Assembly: GCA_918797485.1 (NCBI GenBank)
Contig: CAKKNE010000002.1
Location: 620,001-684,000, forward strand
From: Pelagomonas calceolata
Taxonomy: Eukaryota
Reading direction: 5' to 3'
DNA length: 64,000 nucleotides
Every line of letters begins with the position of its first letter. Within the stretch, counting starts at the first letter, position 1. This document shows positions 21,059 to 32,400 of this stretch, piece after piece. Position numbers and translations under genes: made by a program. The notes under the pieces were generated by a model that had not been told where the DNA came from, ran no database searches, and saw only the letters and a program-made list of their open reading frames with translations.

Positions 21059-22672
21059 ATGCGGCTGCTGCTGCCGCTCATTGCTGGCGCCGGCGCCGCC
21101 TGCACCAACACACTCACAACAGAGTGCTGGCGCTTCGTGGAGTGGCAGGCCACCTTCTTCTGCACGGAAGAGTTTTGCCCGAGCTGCCCGCATGCCGGCG
21201 GCTGCGACGACTGGTGCGGGCTCTGCGACGACGAACCGCTGGTCCCCGACTGCAACGGGCACCGGGCGCCCTCGGTGTTCCTGGGCGACGGCACCTGTGA
21301 TGCAGGCATTCACCGCTACGACGGCGAGCTGATCGATTTCAACTGCCCCGAACACGGGTGCGACGGGGGCGACTGCCAGCCGGGGAACGACCTTCATGGC
21401 ATAGAGGTCCCATGTCGTACGCCGGCGCCAACGCCACTCACGCCGGCGCCGACGCAGCAGGTCGACACCATCGCGTCGATCCAAAACTCGACGCTCGCCG
21501 GCTCCCACTTCATGGACTGCCGGCCGTCGCCGCGGCACCACGCGCTCGTGCGCGTGACCTGCGTCGTGACCCTCGTCACGAAGGTCGGCTTCTACTGCCA
21601 GGACGGCGGCCTCTGGTCGGGCATTTTCGTGCACACGCCGTACGACGCGCTCACGCTCGCGCTGCAGCCGGGCGATCAAGTCTCCGTGCGGGACGCCTAC
21701 GTCGACGAGGAGCTCGGGAGCACGCAGCTGGAGGTGGCCGCCGCGGACGACGTCGAAATCCTGCAGCGCTACGCGGTCGTGGAACCGCTCCTCGTCGACG
21801 CGGGCGCGCTGGGCAGTTTTGCCGAACGCGAATCGGCGCGCTGCCTCGCCTCCGCGGAGCCTTACGAGGGCCTGCTCGTGCGCATAGCGAACGCGTCGCT
21901 CACGTCGGTCGACGGCTACGTCTCGGTGGCCGACGGCTCGGGGACGACCCTGCTCGGCTCGACGGCGGGGCGCTTCGACGCCGCCGACGCCCTCGTCCGC
22001 TTCCGGGCGTCGGGCGCCGCCGCGGTCGACGTCGTCGGCGTCGGGCGTACCGGATTCCGGTGCGAGAACTCCGCCGGGGCGAACCAAGGGGCGATCGAGG
22101 ACCTGCTCGATTGCTTGTCGGACGCGAGCCAAATCTCGTTTACCTTTCAAGTGTCGCCGCGGTCCTTGCACGACGTAAGCTGGGCGACCCCCGCGCCGTC
22201 GCCCCAACCGATAGAGAGCCGACCACCGACGCGGCCCGCCAATCCCTCCCGCTCGGAGGAGGAAACCCGCGACCACACTATGCAATCGGTCACGCTGGGC
22301 ATCGCGTTGTGCGCGGTAGTCCTCGGTGTGGCTGGTGGCGTCCTGCTCATGAGGCCGCGGACCAGTCAAGTCGACCCCGGCCTGCGGGCGTGGCTGAGCG
22401 GCCTCGACCCGGGCGACGCGCGCTGGCCCCAGATGGCAGGCGTGGCCGGGCAGTCCGTCGAGGTCCAGGTGGCGCGGTGCCCGACTGAATACCGCGGTGG
22501 CGTCGCGGTGGCGGACTGTCGCGCGGTGCCGGCCGACGCGCCCATTCCCGTGGCCGCGGCCGTCGCGATCGAGATGCCAGTCATTGGCGAGCGCGCGCGC
22601 AGCGTCGAGGACGCGGCCGTCGACGACGCCATGGACGCGCTCTTCCGGCGGGGGCTGATCCCTCGTAGTTAA
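21059..22672 (+). CDS. Type I membrane protein: Cys-rich (LNR-like) region, OB-fold-like segment, TM helix
   Basis: Signal peptide; LGDGTCD...FNC...DGGDC; GFYCQDGGLWSGIFVHT..LQPGDQVSV (as in extracellular nuclease OB folds); TM LGIALCAVVLGVAGGVLLM. Confidence 0.65.
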   Translation: MRLLLPLIAGAGAACTNTLTTECWRFVEWQATFFCTEEFCPSCPHAGGCDDWCGLCDDEPLVPDCNGHRAPSVFLGDGTCDAGIHRYDGELIDFNCPEHGCDGGDCQPGNDLHGIEVPCRTPAPTPLTPAPTQQVDTIASIQNSTLAGSHFMDCRPSPRHHALVRVTCVVTLVTKVGFYCQDGGLWSGIFVHTPYDALTLALQPGDQVSVRDAYVDEELGSTQLEVAAADDVEILQRYAVVEPLLVDAGALGSFAERESARCLASAEPYEGLLVRIANASLTSVDGYVSVADGSGTTLLGSTAGRFDAADALVRFRASGAAAVDVVGVGRTGFRCENSAGANQGAIEDLLDCLSDASQISFTFQVSPRSLHDVSWATPAPSPQPIESRPPTRPANPSRSEEETRDHTMQSVTLGIALCAVVLGVAGGVLLMRPRTSQVDPGLRAWLSGLDPGDARWPQMAGVAGQSVEVQVARCPTEYRGGVAVADCRAVPADAPIPVAAAVAIEMPVIGERARSVEDAAVDDAMDALFRRGLIPRS

Positions 22673-22698
22673 TGTTGCCAGTGTTGTACCAATAAACA

Positions 22699-24627
22699 TT
22701 AGTCCCGCAGGAACCGCTCGGCCAGCGGGTGCTTCGAAGCGTTGATCAGCACGTCGGCGACGATGCCGTCCTGGATGTTCAGCCGCAGCGCGGGGAAGCG
22801 GTCGTCCCGCTTGAGGTGCTCCGTCGCGAGGAGCCGCGCGTCGGCGAAGCGGTCGACGATCTCGAGCAGCTCGCCGTGCGTCGGCGGGCGCGAGGAGTCG
22901 CCCGCGTCGCCCGCGAGCGCGACGAGCCGCGCGAGGCGCCGCGCGACGTCTTCGAGCGGCGCCGTCTCCGACTTGCGCGCGCGCAGCTCCGCGCAGAGCG
23001 CGATCAACACCAACTGCTCCAGCGGCGCCGCGTGCTCGATCGCGCCGAGGTAGGCCGACTCCCTAAGGCCCCGGTCCGCCGCGTTCACGTCGGCGATGGT
23101 GACAACATATTCTTTTTCTTTCGGAGTAGCTTCGTCGCCCGCGCGCCGCGCCGCGTCCGCCCGCTCGGCGCAGAGCTCCGTGGCCCTACTACAAATCAAT
23201 AACGCGCGCCGGATGTCGCCCGAGTAGGCCGCGATCTTGCGCGCCGCCATCGTCACGGCCTGCGGCTGGAACGCCGCGCTCAGGTCGCCGGCCGAGAGGC
23301 GCTGCGTCAGGATGGACTCGATCTGGGCCGGTTTGTAGGGCGCGAAGGTCAGCCTTCGCGACCCCAGCCGCGACCGGACCTTCGGATCCAACCTTTCCGG
23401 CAGATCTAGGGTATTGGCGATGCCGATGACCGCGAGGCCCGCGTTCTTCCGCCCGGGCCACTCGAAGAGGTTGTAGAGCACTTCCTGCCGCTGCGTCAGC
23501 ATGTAATCGAGCTCGTCCACTAGGACCACGACCCGTTCCTCCTGCTCTTCCCCAGACGAGAAGCGCTTATCCAGTAATCGCGCCGCCGCGTCGGCGCCTC
23601 GTTTTTCGCCGGTGAGCGCCTCCCAGAGCAACGCATACGCGTGGTTCGGCTGCGGCAGCCGCATCGCGTTCACCTCCACGAACCGAAACGCGTTGCCTGT
23701 TTCTTGTAATGCTCTTACAACTTCCCTTACTGTTGCTGTTTTCCCAGTGCCCGGCATGCCCGCCACGTACAACGTCCGTCCGTCGCCGCCTGGCGCGCTC
23801 AGCATCTCCAAAACAAAATTCTCGATGGTATCCCGCTCGTTCTCCCGACACGGCAGTCTCTTCGGCGCCGCCGACAGCTGCAGCGCATTGCTGGCCCGTC
23901 TCAACCTATCTCGCGGCCCGCGCGTCGCGTGGTCTTCAGGGATATGTTCTTCATCGCTCACCACATCGCCGTCCCAGGCCGCGCCCCTTCTTTTAATACC
24001 GCGGCCCTTCCGACACAAGGCCTGGGCCCTCCGACATCGTTCCGCCGCCGGCCCGCACTCCGTCAGCTGCGCGCCGGGCTCCCACACATACCGACAAAAA
24101 AAAACATCTTTCATAGCCTTCCGGTCCTCCTTCTGTCTTCTTTGCACATACGCATCATACGATAAAACCTCAACACACCCCATGAGCGACGACGCCGGCA
24201 CCTCGTCGACGTGCGTCGTTTCAAAAACTTCTCTATCAGCGTACTTGGCCGCCGGCGCCGGCCTTCTTTTGGCGGGCACGATCTCCTCCGCACAATAAAG
24301 CCAGCGCACTTCGGCCCAGGGCTCGTCCTCGTCTTCGTCTTCTTCGGGCGCCGGCCACCAGATTTGTAATATTTGCGCGGCCGCGTGGCGCAGCGACTCG
24401 CCTTCTCTTACACCTTCGCCCTCCAACTGCACCATGACGCAGTCGCCGACTTTAAATGAGGCGCCTTCCGTATATTTAAATGAGTCGCGGAAGCGGCAGC
24501 CGTCCGCGTTCGTAGGGTCTTCTTCCCTGGGCTCCGGAGGCGCGATGGCGCGCGCGTCGACCCGCAGCCGGTGCGTGGCCGGGTCTCGAGGCCTGACGTC
24601 GCGGCGGGACCACTGGGCGTAGAACAT
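22699..24627 (-). CDS. ORC1: Origin recognition complex subunit 1 (BAH + AAA+ + winged helix)
   Basis: BAH (FKVGDCVMV, AEVRWLY, REVFET); LPCRENE, YVAGMPGTGKT, EVNAMRL, LVDELD, LYNLFEWP, IANTLDLPE, SRLG, SGDIRRAL. Confidence 0.93.
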   Translation of the reverse strand: MFYAQWSRRDVRPRDPATHRLRVDARAIAPPEPREEDPTNADGCRFRDSFKYTEGASFKVGDCVMVQLEGEGVREGESLRHAAAQILQIWWPAPEEDEDEDEPWAEVRWLYCAEEIVPAKRRPAPAAKYADREVFETTHVDEVPASSLMGCVEVLSYDAYVQRRQKEDRKAMKDVFFCRYVWEPGAQLTECGPAAERCRRAQALCRKGRGIKRRGAAWDGDVVSDEEHIPEDHATRGPRDRLRRASNALQLSAAPKRLPCRENERDTIENFVLEMLSAPGGDGRTLYVAGMPGTGKTATVREVVRALQETGNAFRFVEVNAMRLPQPNHAYALLWEALTGEKRGADAAARLLDKRFSSGEEQEERVVVLVDELDYMLTQRQEVLYNLFEWPGRKNAGLAVIGIANTLDLPERLDPKVRSRLGSRRLTFAPYKPAQIESILTQRLSAGDLSAAFQPQAVTMAARKIAAYSGDIRRALLICSRATELCAERADAARRAGDEATPKEKEYVVTIADVNAADRGLRESAYLGAIEHAAPLEQLVLIALCAELRARKSETAPLEDVARRLARLVALAGDAGDSSRPPTHGELLEIVDRFADARLLATEHLKRDDRFPALRLNIQDGIVADVLINASKHPLAERFLRD

Positions 24628-24826
24628 CGTTGTTGCACGGTCCTGAAGGCCTCGCGCGCAGCGGTTTGGCCTCTTGGCCTCTTGGCGCCAGCAGCCTGGA
24701 GATGAAACTAGCACACAGCGATGCTTACAAGGGAAGCCTTGCAAACCAGCGGTAACGAGCAGTATTTGTCGCAGCAAAACGATGCCTGTCGCCACCGATA
24801 CGGCTCTTGCCGCAAACGCGCGCTTG

Positions 24827-24849
24827 CTAGTGTCTTTACAGGTCGCTAG
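24827..24849 (+). promoter_or_regulatory. CTAG-box upstream motif, copy 5
   Basis: ctagtgtctttacaggtcgctag between divergent ORC1 and PRP38. Confidence 0.7.
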
Positions 24850-25149
24850 CAGAATTATCCCGGCAAAAACAGGTGGCAAGCTCAGCATATCACGGACCGG
24901 CACGCCGTAGCTGTGCTCCGTGATCTCTCAAAGCGGGTCGAGAAGCGCCGCGAACGACTGCCGCGCCTCCGGAGGCGCCAGCGGCCGACAGCCTGAAATC
25001 GGCTCTCTAAGCAAAAGAGCGCAACACCGCGCCGGGGAGGCACGCGCCGCGCTAACGCACGCCGCCGCTGCGCCCAAGAAAGGACGCCGCGCTGCGCCTT
25101 ACACGAAACCAACACACTGCCGCGCGAAAGCCGCACCGCCACCATCAAA

Positions 25150-26664
25150 ATGGCGTCCTGGGTCCAGAACATGGGCTTGAGCAAGGGCTCCCACTTAGTG
25201 GAAGGCAGTACATTGATGCCCAAGTGGGAGGACCGCAGTGGCATCGCCATCGCCGAGAACAACATCAATTTATTACCGAAAAATGTGGCGCAGGACCCGA
25301 TGCTGGCCAAGGGCGCGCTCTTCGAGATCCACGGGGATCAAGAAACATTTAATTTACATCAGATGTTGTATGAAAAGACCTTTGAAAGTGAATATTTTAA
25401 AGCGCTATTTATTTTCAAGACCTTCGAGAAAGTCGTCGATGTGATCTACGAAAAAGTATCTTATGTGGAACCCTGGGCGGCGACGGAGGTGAGATCACCG
25501 TCGTCGGCCTACTGTTTGCTGCTGAAGTTGTTCCATCTACGCTTGACGGAGCCGCAAATCCGGGCGCTGTTGGATCATGGAGACTCGACGTATATCCGAG
25601 CGTTGGGCGCTTTGTACGTGCGCTACGCCTGCCCCCCGGAACAATTGTGGCGGTGGCTCGGCGATTATGCGGATGATCTCGAGGAGTTCGCACCTGGTTT
25701 GGATAAGACCAAGGTGACTACTTTTGGCGAGTACTGCCTGGGATTACTCACTGACTTACAGTACTACACGACGATGCTGCCTCGCATACCGGTGCCCGTC
25801 ATGCGCACGATCAAAGTCGAATTAGTACTCTTCGAGGAGATGGTCCGGAGGGGCAAGAAGAATTCTAGGTATCTAGATTTCCTGCAGCCGGGCGCGGTCG
25901 TAAGGGCCATTTTCAGAGATGAGGGCAAGGACCCGGCCTGGCACGAGGCCACCGTCGTGTCGAGGATCGAGCCCTACGAAGGCGCGCCCGAGGGCACGCT
26001 CCCCACCTTCCGCGTGCAGTTCTCCGAGGCCTGCGGGTCCGTCGTCGAAATTGTGAAAACGGGGCAGATCGACCTGCCGGCGTCCGTCACGACTGACAAG
26101 TCTGATCGGGACCGCTCGCGGCGCGAGCGCTCTCGTCGCGACCGCGACCGCGATAGAGGAAGGCGGCGGCGCGACGACGACGACGAGCCGCGCGACCGGC
26201 GCGGCTACGACGCGGACCGGCGGCGGCGCGATCGCGACGACGACCGGGGGCGGCGCCGCCGCGATGACGACGGCGACCGCGACCGCGACCGGAGCCGGCG
26301 CGACCGGTCAAGAGAAAGGAGCCGGCGCGACCGGTCGCGCGACCGGAGCCGCCGCGACCGGAGCCGGAGCCGCGATAGAAGTAGGCGGGACGAGCCGCGC
26401 CGCGACGCCGCGCCGGCGCGCCCGGAGGGCGAGTCGCTGCTGGCGGGCCGCGACATCATGGGCGACGTCATCGCCGCCGAGCGCGCGGAGGCCACCGTGG
26501 ACCACAAGGGCGACTGCTACCGGCGGCCGATCGGCTTCAACACCGCGCTCATCGTGGCCTCGGACAAGTACACCTACAAGGCGCGGGCGCGGTCGCGGTC
26601 GCCCGACCGCGTCAAGGAGGTCGTGCACGTGGCGCCCGTCGTGCCGAGCCGTCGGGATGATTAA
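25150..26664 (+). CDS. PRP38: PRP38-family splicing factor (PRP38B-like) with Tudor-like segment and RS/RD-rich tail
   Basis: HGDQETFNL, SEYFK, YVEPW, PSSAYCLLLKLF, LLDHGDSTYIRALGALYVRY, YYTTMLPRIPVPV; RDRSR repeats. Confidence 0.88.
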   Translation: MASWVQNMGLSKGSHLVEGSTLMPKWEDRSGIAIAENNINLLPKNVAQDPMLAKGALFEIHGDQETFNLHQMLYEKTFESEYFKALFIFKTFEKVVDVIYEKVSYVEPWAATEVRSPSSAYCLLLKLFHLRLTEPQIRALLDHGDSTYIRALGALYVRYACPPEQLWRWLGDYADDLEEFAPGLDKTKVTTFGEYCLGLLTDLQYYTTMLPRIPVPVMRTIKVELVLFEEMVRRGKKNSRYLDFLQPGAVVRAIFRDEGKDPAWHEATVVSRIEPYEGAPEGTLPTFRVQFSEACGSVVEIVKTGQIDLPASVTTDKSDRDRSRRERSRRDRDRDRGRRRRDDDDEPRDRRGYDADRRRRDRDDDRGRRRRDDDGDRDRDRSRRDRSRERSRRDRSRDRSRRDRSRSRDRSRRDEPRRDAAPARPEGESLLAGRDIMGDVIAAERAEATVDHKGDCYRRPIGFNTALIVASDKYTYKARARSRSPDRVKEVVHVAPVVPSRRDD

Positions 26665-26674
26665 GACATACAAA

Positions 26675-28963
26675 TTAAACATCGGGCGCGACGCGGGGGC
26701 TCACGCGTGACGCCTGAGACTGAACAGGAAGCCCTTCCGGAGCGATGCGCGGCGAGGCCTGCAATAGAATCTCGCCGCCACCCTGGGGGGCGATGCGCGG
26801 CGACTTCTGTGGCGATAACCGGGACCAAAAGCCACCATCGGGCTGCCGCGGCGACGTGTCCGGAACGATGCCGGCGCTTGGAGACGCTCGCTGCCGCGCA
26901 GCTCCGATCGGCGGCACGCGCGGCGACGCCTGGGTCCGCACAGGAACCCCTTCCGGCGCCACTCGTGGGCTCGCGTTGAACAAAAACGCGCTTCCGCCGT
27001 CGGCAGGCGCCACGCGCGGAGATTTTCGGGGCGATAGCCGGGGCCACCACCCCGCCGCTTCGTCACGCGAGGCCGACGACGTGCGCCGTGGCGACCACCC
27101 CGTCGACGTCGACGCCGCCGCCGCGGGCTTCCGACGGGTCGGAAACATGCTCCTCAACTCAATGGACGACTCGTCACCCTTGCGGAGGTCGAGGGGCGTG
27201 ACGACGACGTGGTCCTCCAGCCTCGCGTCGCCCGCGGAGTCGTACGCGTAGGCGAGCCAGAAGCCGGCGAAGACGACGACTTTCACGCTCAGCAGGAACA
27301 GCACGAGGTGTAAATGAGCCTCCCTTGTAGAACACCACCGCGCCAGCGGCGACGCTTCTCTATAAAACAGGCAGGCCCACCCAAACAACCACCCGTGGCC
27401 AACGACCAGCACCGCGTGCGCCCAGCCCATGCGCCGGTGGCGGTCGTAGTCCAGCGGCATGTCCGCGTAGAGCCACAGAATCGCCCGCACGAAGGCGCGG
27501 CCCCGCGTGCCCCGTCCCCGTCGGTCGTGCCGCGCGCAACCGCACGACGCGACCAGCACGAACAGGAAGTCGCCCGTCGAGAACAGCAACACGTAGATCG
27601 GCACGGCCCCGCGCAGCACGGCCGCGTAGGCCGCCAGCCTTAAGATGTTCTCGGCCGCGTAGCCTACACTAAGCCCGACGAGCTGCCCCGTCCGCGTCGC
27701 CTTCGATCTTATTCTTTTCCAGATGGCGCCGGCGCCGAGCGTCGCGGCGCCCGCGGCTATGGATGCGTCGACGACGTCGAGCGTGCTGCCACAGATGTCG
27801 AGCCAGCTCATATCGCCGCGGCCACCGAGCTGATAAAAGCGGCCGAGGGCCGTCGGCGCGGCGCAGGCCGTCGTCACCAACCTTAACATCGCGTAGGCCT
27901 CGGTCCGCCGTCCCGTGTTCGCCGACTTCCGCGCGTGGCTCGCCAATCCAAAGCCGAACGCCGCCCCTATTACTTCTTTGGGATAGGTCGCATCGGCCAT
28001 CGCAATCTCCATGATGCGGCCGATGGCGAAGCCGCTCAATCCACAAAAAGACGGGAACGTCCGCCCCTGCAGGGCCCACTCCGTGATCGTCGCCATGTCG
28101 GCCCAGAGGCGCAGGCTCCTTAGTAAAACGTCGCCAGACAAGGCCCAGGCCTCGCCGCGGCCCATGGGTTTTGGTTCTGGAGGTTTGGTATCTGGCAGGA
28201 GCGACTCGGTGTCGTGGAGCGGGTTCTGTTCGTATTGGGGTTGCCACGTCGGCGGCGGCGGCGGCGGCGGGCACTGGCACGTCCGCCAGCCGCAGGCGTC
28301 GCACCGGCCGGGGCGCTTGTCTGTCCTTGACGGTGGGCGCGTCTCAGCTGCCGGTCCGCCTATCGGTGCGATGCGCGGCGAGGCGTGCGGTGCCTGATGC
28401 ACGCCACCCTCAGGCGCGACACGCGGGCTCGCGTTGAACAGAATCTCACCTCCGCCAGCCGGCGCAACGCGCGGCGAGGCCCCTTGGGGCTGCGAGGCCT
28501 GAGTCCGAACAGGAGCCCCTTCCGGCGCCACCCGGGGCGACGCGTTGAACAGAAAAGCGCCTCCCCCATCGGCAGGGGCCACCCTCGGCGAAGCTCGCGA
28601 CAGCTCGACGCGCTGCACCGGCGCCGCGCCTTCCGGCATGGCCACCGGCGCTACCCTCGGACTCGCGTTGAACAGGATCGCGCCGCCACCGTCGGGCGCG
28701 ACGCGAGGTGATGCCTCGGACCGCCACAAGGGCTTGACGCGCGTCGACGACGTGAGTGGCGCCGCGCCTTCGGAAGGCGCGACCCGGGGCGACGCGTTGA
28801 ACAAGAGCGCGCCGCCACCCTCCGGAGCCACACGCGGAGATTTCCGAAGCAGCTCGTCCATGAGTGTGCGCCGTCCCCGCGCGGCCTCCAATTCATCATC
28901 CTCGATCAATGCGTCGAGCTGCTGAATGAGCTGCTGCTCGACGCCGTCGTCACCAGCAGCCAT
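26675..28963 (-). CDS. Multi-pass membrane protein flanked by SPRVAP repeat arrays
   Basis: 762-aa ORF; several central hydrophobic helices (possibly XK-related); 15 SPR[VI][AP]P motifs in the N- and C-terminal tails. Confidence 0.75.
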   Translation of the reverse strand: MAAGDDGVEQQLIQQLDALIEDDELEAARGRRTLMDELLRKSPRVAPEGGGALLFNASPRVAPSEGAAPLTSSTRVKPLWRSEASPRVAPDGGGAILFNASPRVAPVAMPEGAAPVQRVELSRASPRVAPADGGGAFLFNASPRVAPEGAPVRTQASQPQGASPRVAPAGGGEILFNASPRVAPEGGVHQAPHASPRIAPIGGPAAETRPPSRTDKRPGRCDACGWRTCQCPPPPPPPTWQPQYEQNPLHDTESLLPDTKPPEPKPMGRGEAWALSGDVLLRSLRLWADMATITEWALQGRTFPSFCGLSGFAIGRIMEIAMADATYPKEVIGAAFGFGLASHARKSANTGRRTEAYAMLRLVTTACAAPTALGRFYQLGGRGDMSWLDICGSTLDVVDASIAAGAATLGAGAIWKRIRSKATRTGQLVGLSVGYAAENILRLAAYAAVLRGAVPIYVLLFSTGDFLFVLVASCGCARHDRRGRGTRGRAFVRAILWLYADMPLDYDRHRRMGWAHAVLVVGHGWLFGWACLFYREASPLARWCSTREAHLHLVLFLLSVKVVVFAGFWLAYAYDSAGDARLEDHVVVTPLDLRKGDESSIELRSMFPTRRKPAAAASTSTGWSPRRTSSASRDEAAGWWPRLSPRKSPRVAPADGGSAFLFNASPRVAPEGVPVRTQASPRVPPIGAARQRASPSAGIVPDTSPRQPDGGFWSRLSPQKSPRIAPQGGGEILLQASPRIAPEGLPVQSQASRVSPRVAPDV

Positions 28964-29170
28964 GATGCGTCGTTTAAGGCAGCTGTCGTATTAAGGCAGC
29001 CCAGCAGTTCTGTGTATTGAGGCAGCCCAAGTTATGTGGCCTCATCTCGAAGCTATAGCTGCCCGAGGGGTGCGGAGTCGCACGTTTCGATCGGTTCGTA
29101 CGTGCCGAGCCGTTTGACGGTGATCCGTGCGTGCTGCGTCCACAGCGCTCGACGGGTGCGCCCGAGTGAG

Positions 29171-29191
29171 CTAGCGGCGGTAAGGTACTAG
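29171..29191 (-). promoter_or_regulatory. CTAG-box upstream motif, copy 6 (degenerate)
   Basis: Reverse complement ctagtaccttaccgccgctag between divergent starts 28963 and 29464. Confidence 0.45.
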
Positions 29192-29463
29192 CGAGGCAAG
29201 CGCAGCCGTGCTCGCGGTCAGCTCGCCGTCCATCGCTGTACGAGGCCGGCGGAAGCAAGAATTGCATCTCTGTGATCACTGGCTTGGCGCACCAGCCCTC
29301 TCGCTGTCAAAATATAGAGTGTGAGGACCGTGCACAAACTGCTCGCGCACCAGGCAAAAAGCCGCGGCGCCGAACGGAGCGCTGGGACGCACGTTTATCA
29401 AGCGGCTACTTTAACGCGCGCGCTACTTTGACGCGCGCCGCAAGCATAAATATATAAAAAAAG

Positions 29464-32400
29464 ATGGCCGAGAGCGACGACCCCGTCGCATCAGTGCGCG
29501 ACGAGGCGCCAAAACCAAGCAGCCCGCGCGCGAGCCCCGCCAAGTTCGACCGCGCGATGGTCGAGGCGAAAATGCGCAGCGACGGCTGGGTGACGACCGA
29601 GAAAGCTAGAGCGAATGCCGCCGAAGGATCTTCGAGAACAACAGATAAGTACTACCAGCTCCACGGCGACCCGAAGACGTACCGTTCATTACCGGAGGTC
29701 GCGCGCGCCTATTATCCGGACCTGATCGGTCCTTCGGACGAGAAACTGGCGCCGAAGAAGAAGAAGCCGCCGGCAACGACTTTACGGAAGCGCGACCGCG
29801 ACGCGGCGGAAAGTCTGGTCAAGAAATTCAACGAGGAAGAGAGGCGGTGCGCCGTCATTCTCGACGAGAACGGCTCGGACGATGAAGATAGGGAAGAACT
29901 GCGGGCGTCTTTGACAAATGCGCGCTGGGCCGCGCGGCGAGCGGCGCAGGCCATCGACGCGCACGAGCCTCCATTCATATTGGACGCGGCGCGCCGGCCG
30001 CCGACGAAGCGCGACTACACGGTGCGGTGCAAGGCGCTCTTAGGAAGTGGCATCGAGCCTCCTAGACAACCCGGCGAGTCCGACGAGGCGGTGCAGCGGA
30101 AGCGGCGCGCCAAGGCGTTGCGAGATAGAAAATGGACGCGGCCCATACCCTGCCAGCTGCCGGCGCCGCCCTGGCCCTCTGCAAAGCGTTTACTCGAGGT
30201 GCGGTCGACCTTCGCGGGTCAAAGGGAGTGGAAACGGTTGGGGGATGCGCCCTTCTCTTCATTGGCGAGTGTCTCGCAGCCCTTCTGGGCGCGGTTTGAT
30301 GGGGACCGCATCCCGAACGTGCAACCAGGTTCTAGGTACGTGCGCGTGAGGCTCAAATCTAAAAGATTGAGGATCGCGTCGCATCCTACAATAGCGGCCG
30401 TGCCGCTCGAGGAGCTCGACGCGGGCGTTCATGCCGCCGTTAGAGCGGCCCACGCGGCGTTAGGTCGCGTGGCCCGCGCTAGGAGGGCGAAGGAAGCCGT
30501 AAGGGAACGCATGGAAGTGGCGTCGGACTCCGAGGAGGAGGAAAGGGAAGATGATCCAGTCGTCGACATCTCCGGCTTCAAGTACGAGCCCCGCGTGCGG
30601 TCGACGTCGCCTCCTAGAAGCCCGGTGCGCGAGCTTGATATGATGGACGACGACGAGGACGAGGGCGACATGCTCTGCCACATGGCCGGGAAACTGACGG
30701 CGTCCACTTTTCAGGGGACGTGGGCCTTCGAGCGGAATCAACCATTAAGATGGCCCTTCGCCTTCCAGATTGCTGAATCTACCATTGATGAGCACGGTGC
30801 GCGAGTTTTGGAGCTCAAGGGCTCCTTTGAAGGAGGTGGGTTAACTGCTCCAGTTGCTGATTCATTTACGTGCACGATTCAGAAAAATGGGCAAATTGAC
30901 GGGAAAGGACGCAGCAGGTTCGGCGCCTACGCTGTTCGAGGAGTGTTGGCGTATGACGGCGAGGAGGTCTCGCTCACGAAACGGCCGCCCCATAAACAAC
31001 GCGTCGTCACGAGACCTGTCAAGGAGGAAGTCGAGGCGGACGACGCCTGGGCCCAGTGCGATCAGTGCCAGAAGTGGCGCTTGTTGCCCAAGAACCATGT
31101 GGTCGATCCGAACTCGCCCTGGACCTGCGAGAAGGTAGGTCGGTCTTGCGACGAAGTCGCGGACGACGCGGAAATCGTCGAGGAAGAACCAGTGCTAAGG
31201 GTCAACGACAAGGATTCCCTACTCAGATGCCACGACTTTTTGAGTGCGTTCGCCCCCGCATTAGGCGCTTCTCCGCCACCATTGGGAGCCGTCGCGCAGA
31301 TGGTCAACCTGTCAAGCCCTCTATCACCCTTAGATGAAAGACTGTGCTACGACGTGCACGCTCCCTTATTAAAGTGCGCTTTAGGAGACAGACTCTTCGC
31401 CTGTAGACGGGAACGGCCCGCCGACGCCGACAGCGAAGACGAAGAGAGAGAGAAAAAAAGGGACGTTTTTGAGGACGACATCGAGGCGATCGTGCCCGAG
31501 GACAAGCCGGAGATCGCGCCGGAAGCCGAGGACGAGCCCGACGGGGCCGCCGCGGACTGGCACCTCGACGGGCCTTATGTTGGTGCTTGGACCAATAGGT
31601 TAGTTGAGGGTGCTTCTCACCGACGGTGCGTCGGTCGGGTCGAGGGGTATTTACCTCCCGAAGAAGCGGATTTCCTGGACAAGGATGGGAAGCCCTGTGC
31701 CTTGTGGCGCATTCGGTACGTGACCGGTGAGCTCGAAGACGAACTGGAGGACGTCGAATGGCACGAGCTCCTTGAAAGTAGTCCAAGATGGATCCGGCCG
31801 CGCGTCGCGGGCGGCTTGCCGTCGGTAGACAAGCCCGATAAAGAGTGTTTGAAGGCCTTGGACGAGGCGTCTCCCGTGGGTCTGTGGTGGTCGTCGTTAC
31901 CCGGTCCGGAGCACGTGTCGCGGCATACGCTGTGGCCCGCTTTATTGGCAGCTTGTGCTTTTAGAGCTGCAAAAGTCGACGCGGACTCTTCCGTTGAAAG
32001 TGCGCTGGCGGCTCGAGCTATTCGGGCAGCTTCCCAGTTAAGGGCGTCGCGGGCCGACTACGGCGCGCTCGAGCCGGACGCTCGTTTAGCTTTATTGGAT
32101 GCGCTGGTCCACGCCTGCTGCGAGACCTGGAAAATCTCGGCTGCTGCGGCCAAGATGAGGGGCGCGGCGCCCGTGCAACCCCCGGCCTACTACGACAATC
32201 CTCTGAAAGTGGACGAGTATAAAGCTACAAAAAAGAAGAAGGCCCCCGCGCGCAAGTCGACGAACGGGTCGCGGTCGTCGGCGCCGCTGCCGATGACGGC
32301 CGTCGCCGCGCTGATTTCCGCCGACGTGCCTTTACGGGTCCGCCAGGACAACCCAAAAGGAGGGGCCTCAAAAGCCCGCTTCGAGCGGTACATGCCCGCG

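Noticed and set aside
24628..24903. N-terminal ORF extensions in the track (ORC1; also 11149-11406, 39060-39203, 51851-51967, 56302-56619)
   Set aside because: They start at non-ATG codons or lack gene-like codon usage, and some overlap the upstream CTAG motif; downstream ATGs fit the protein families better.
26100..26400. Repetitive cgcgaccgg tract
   Set aside because: Ordinary RS/RD low-complexity domain of a splicing factor.
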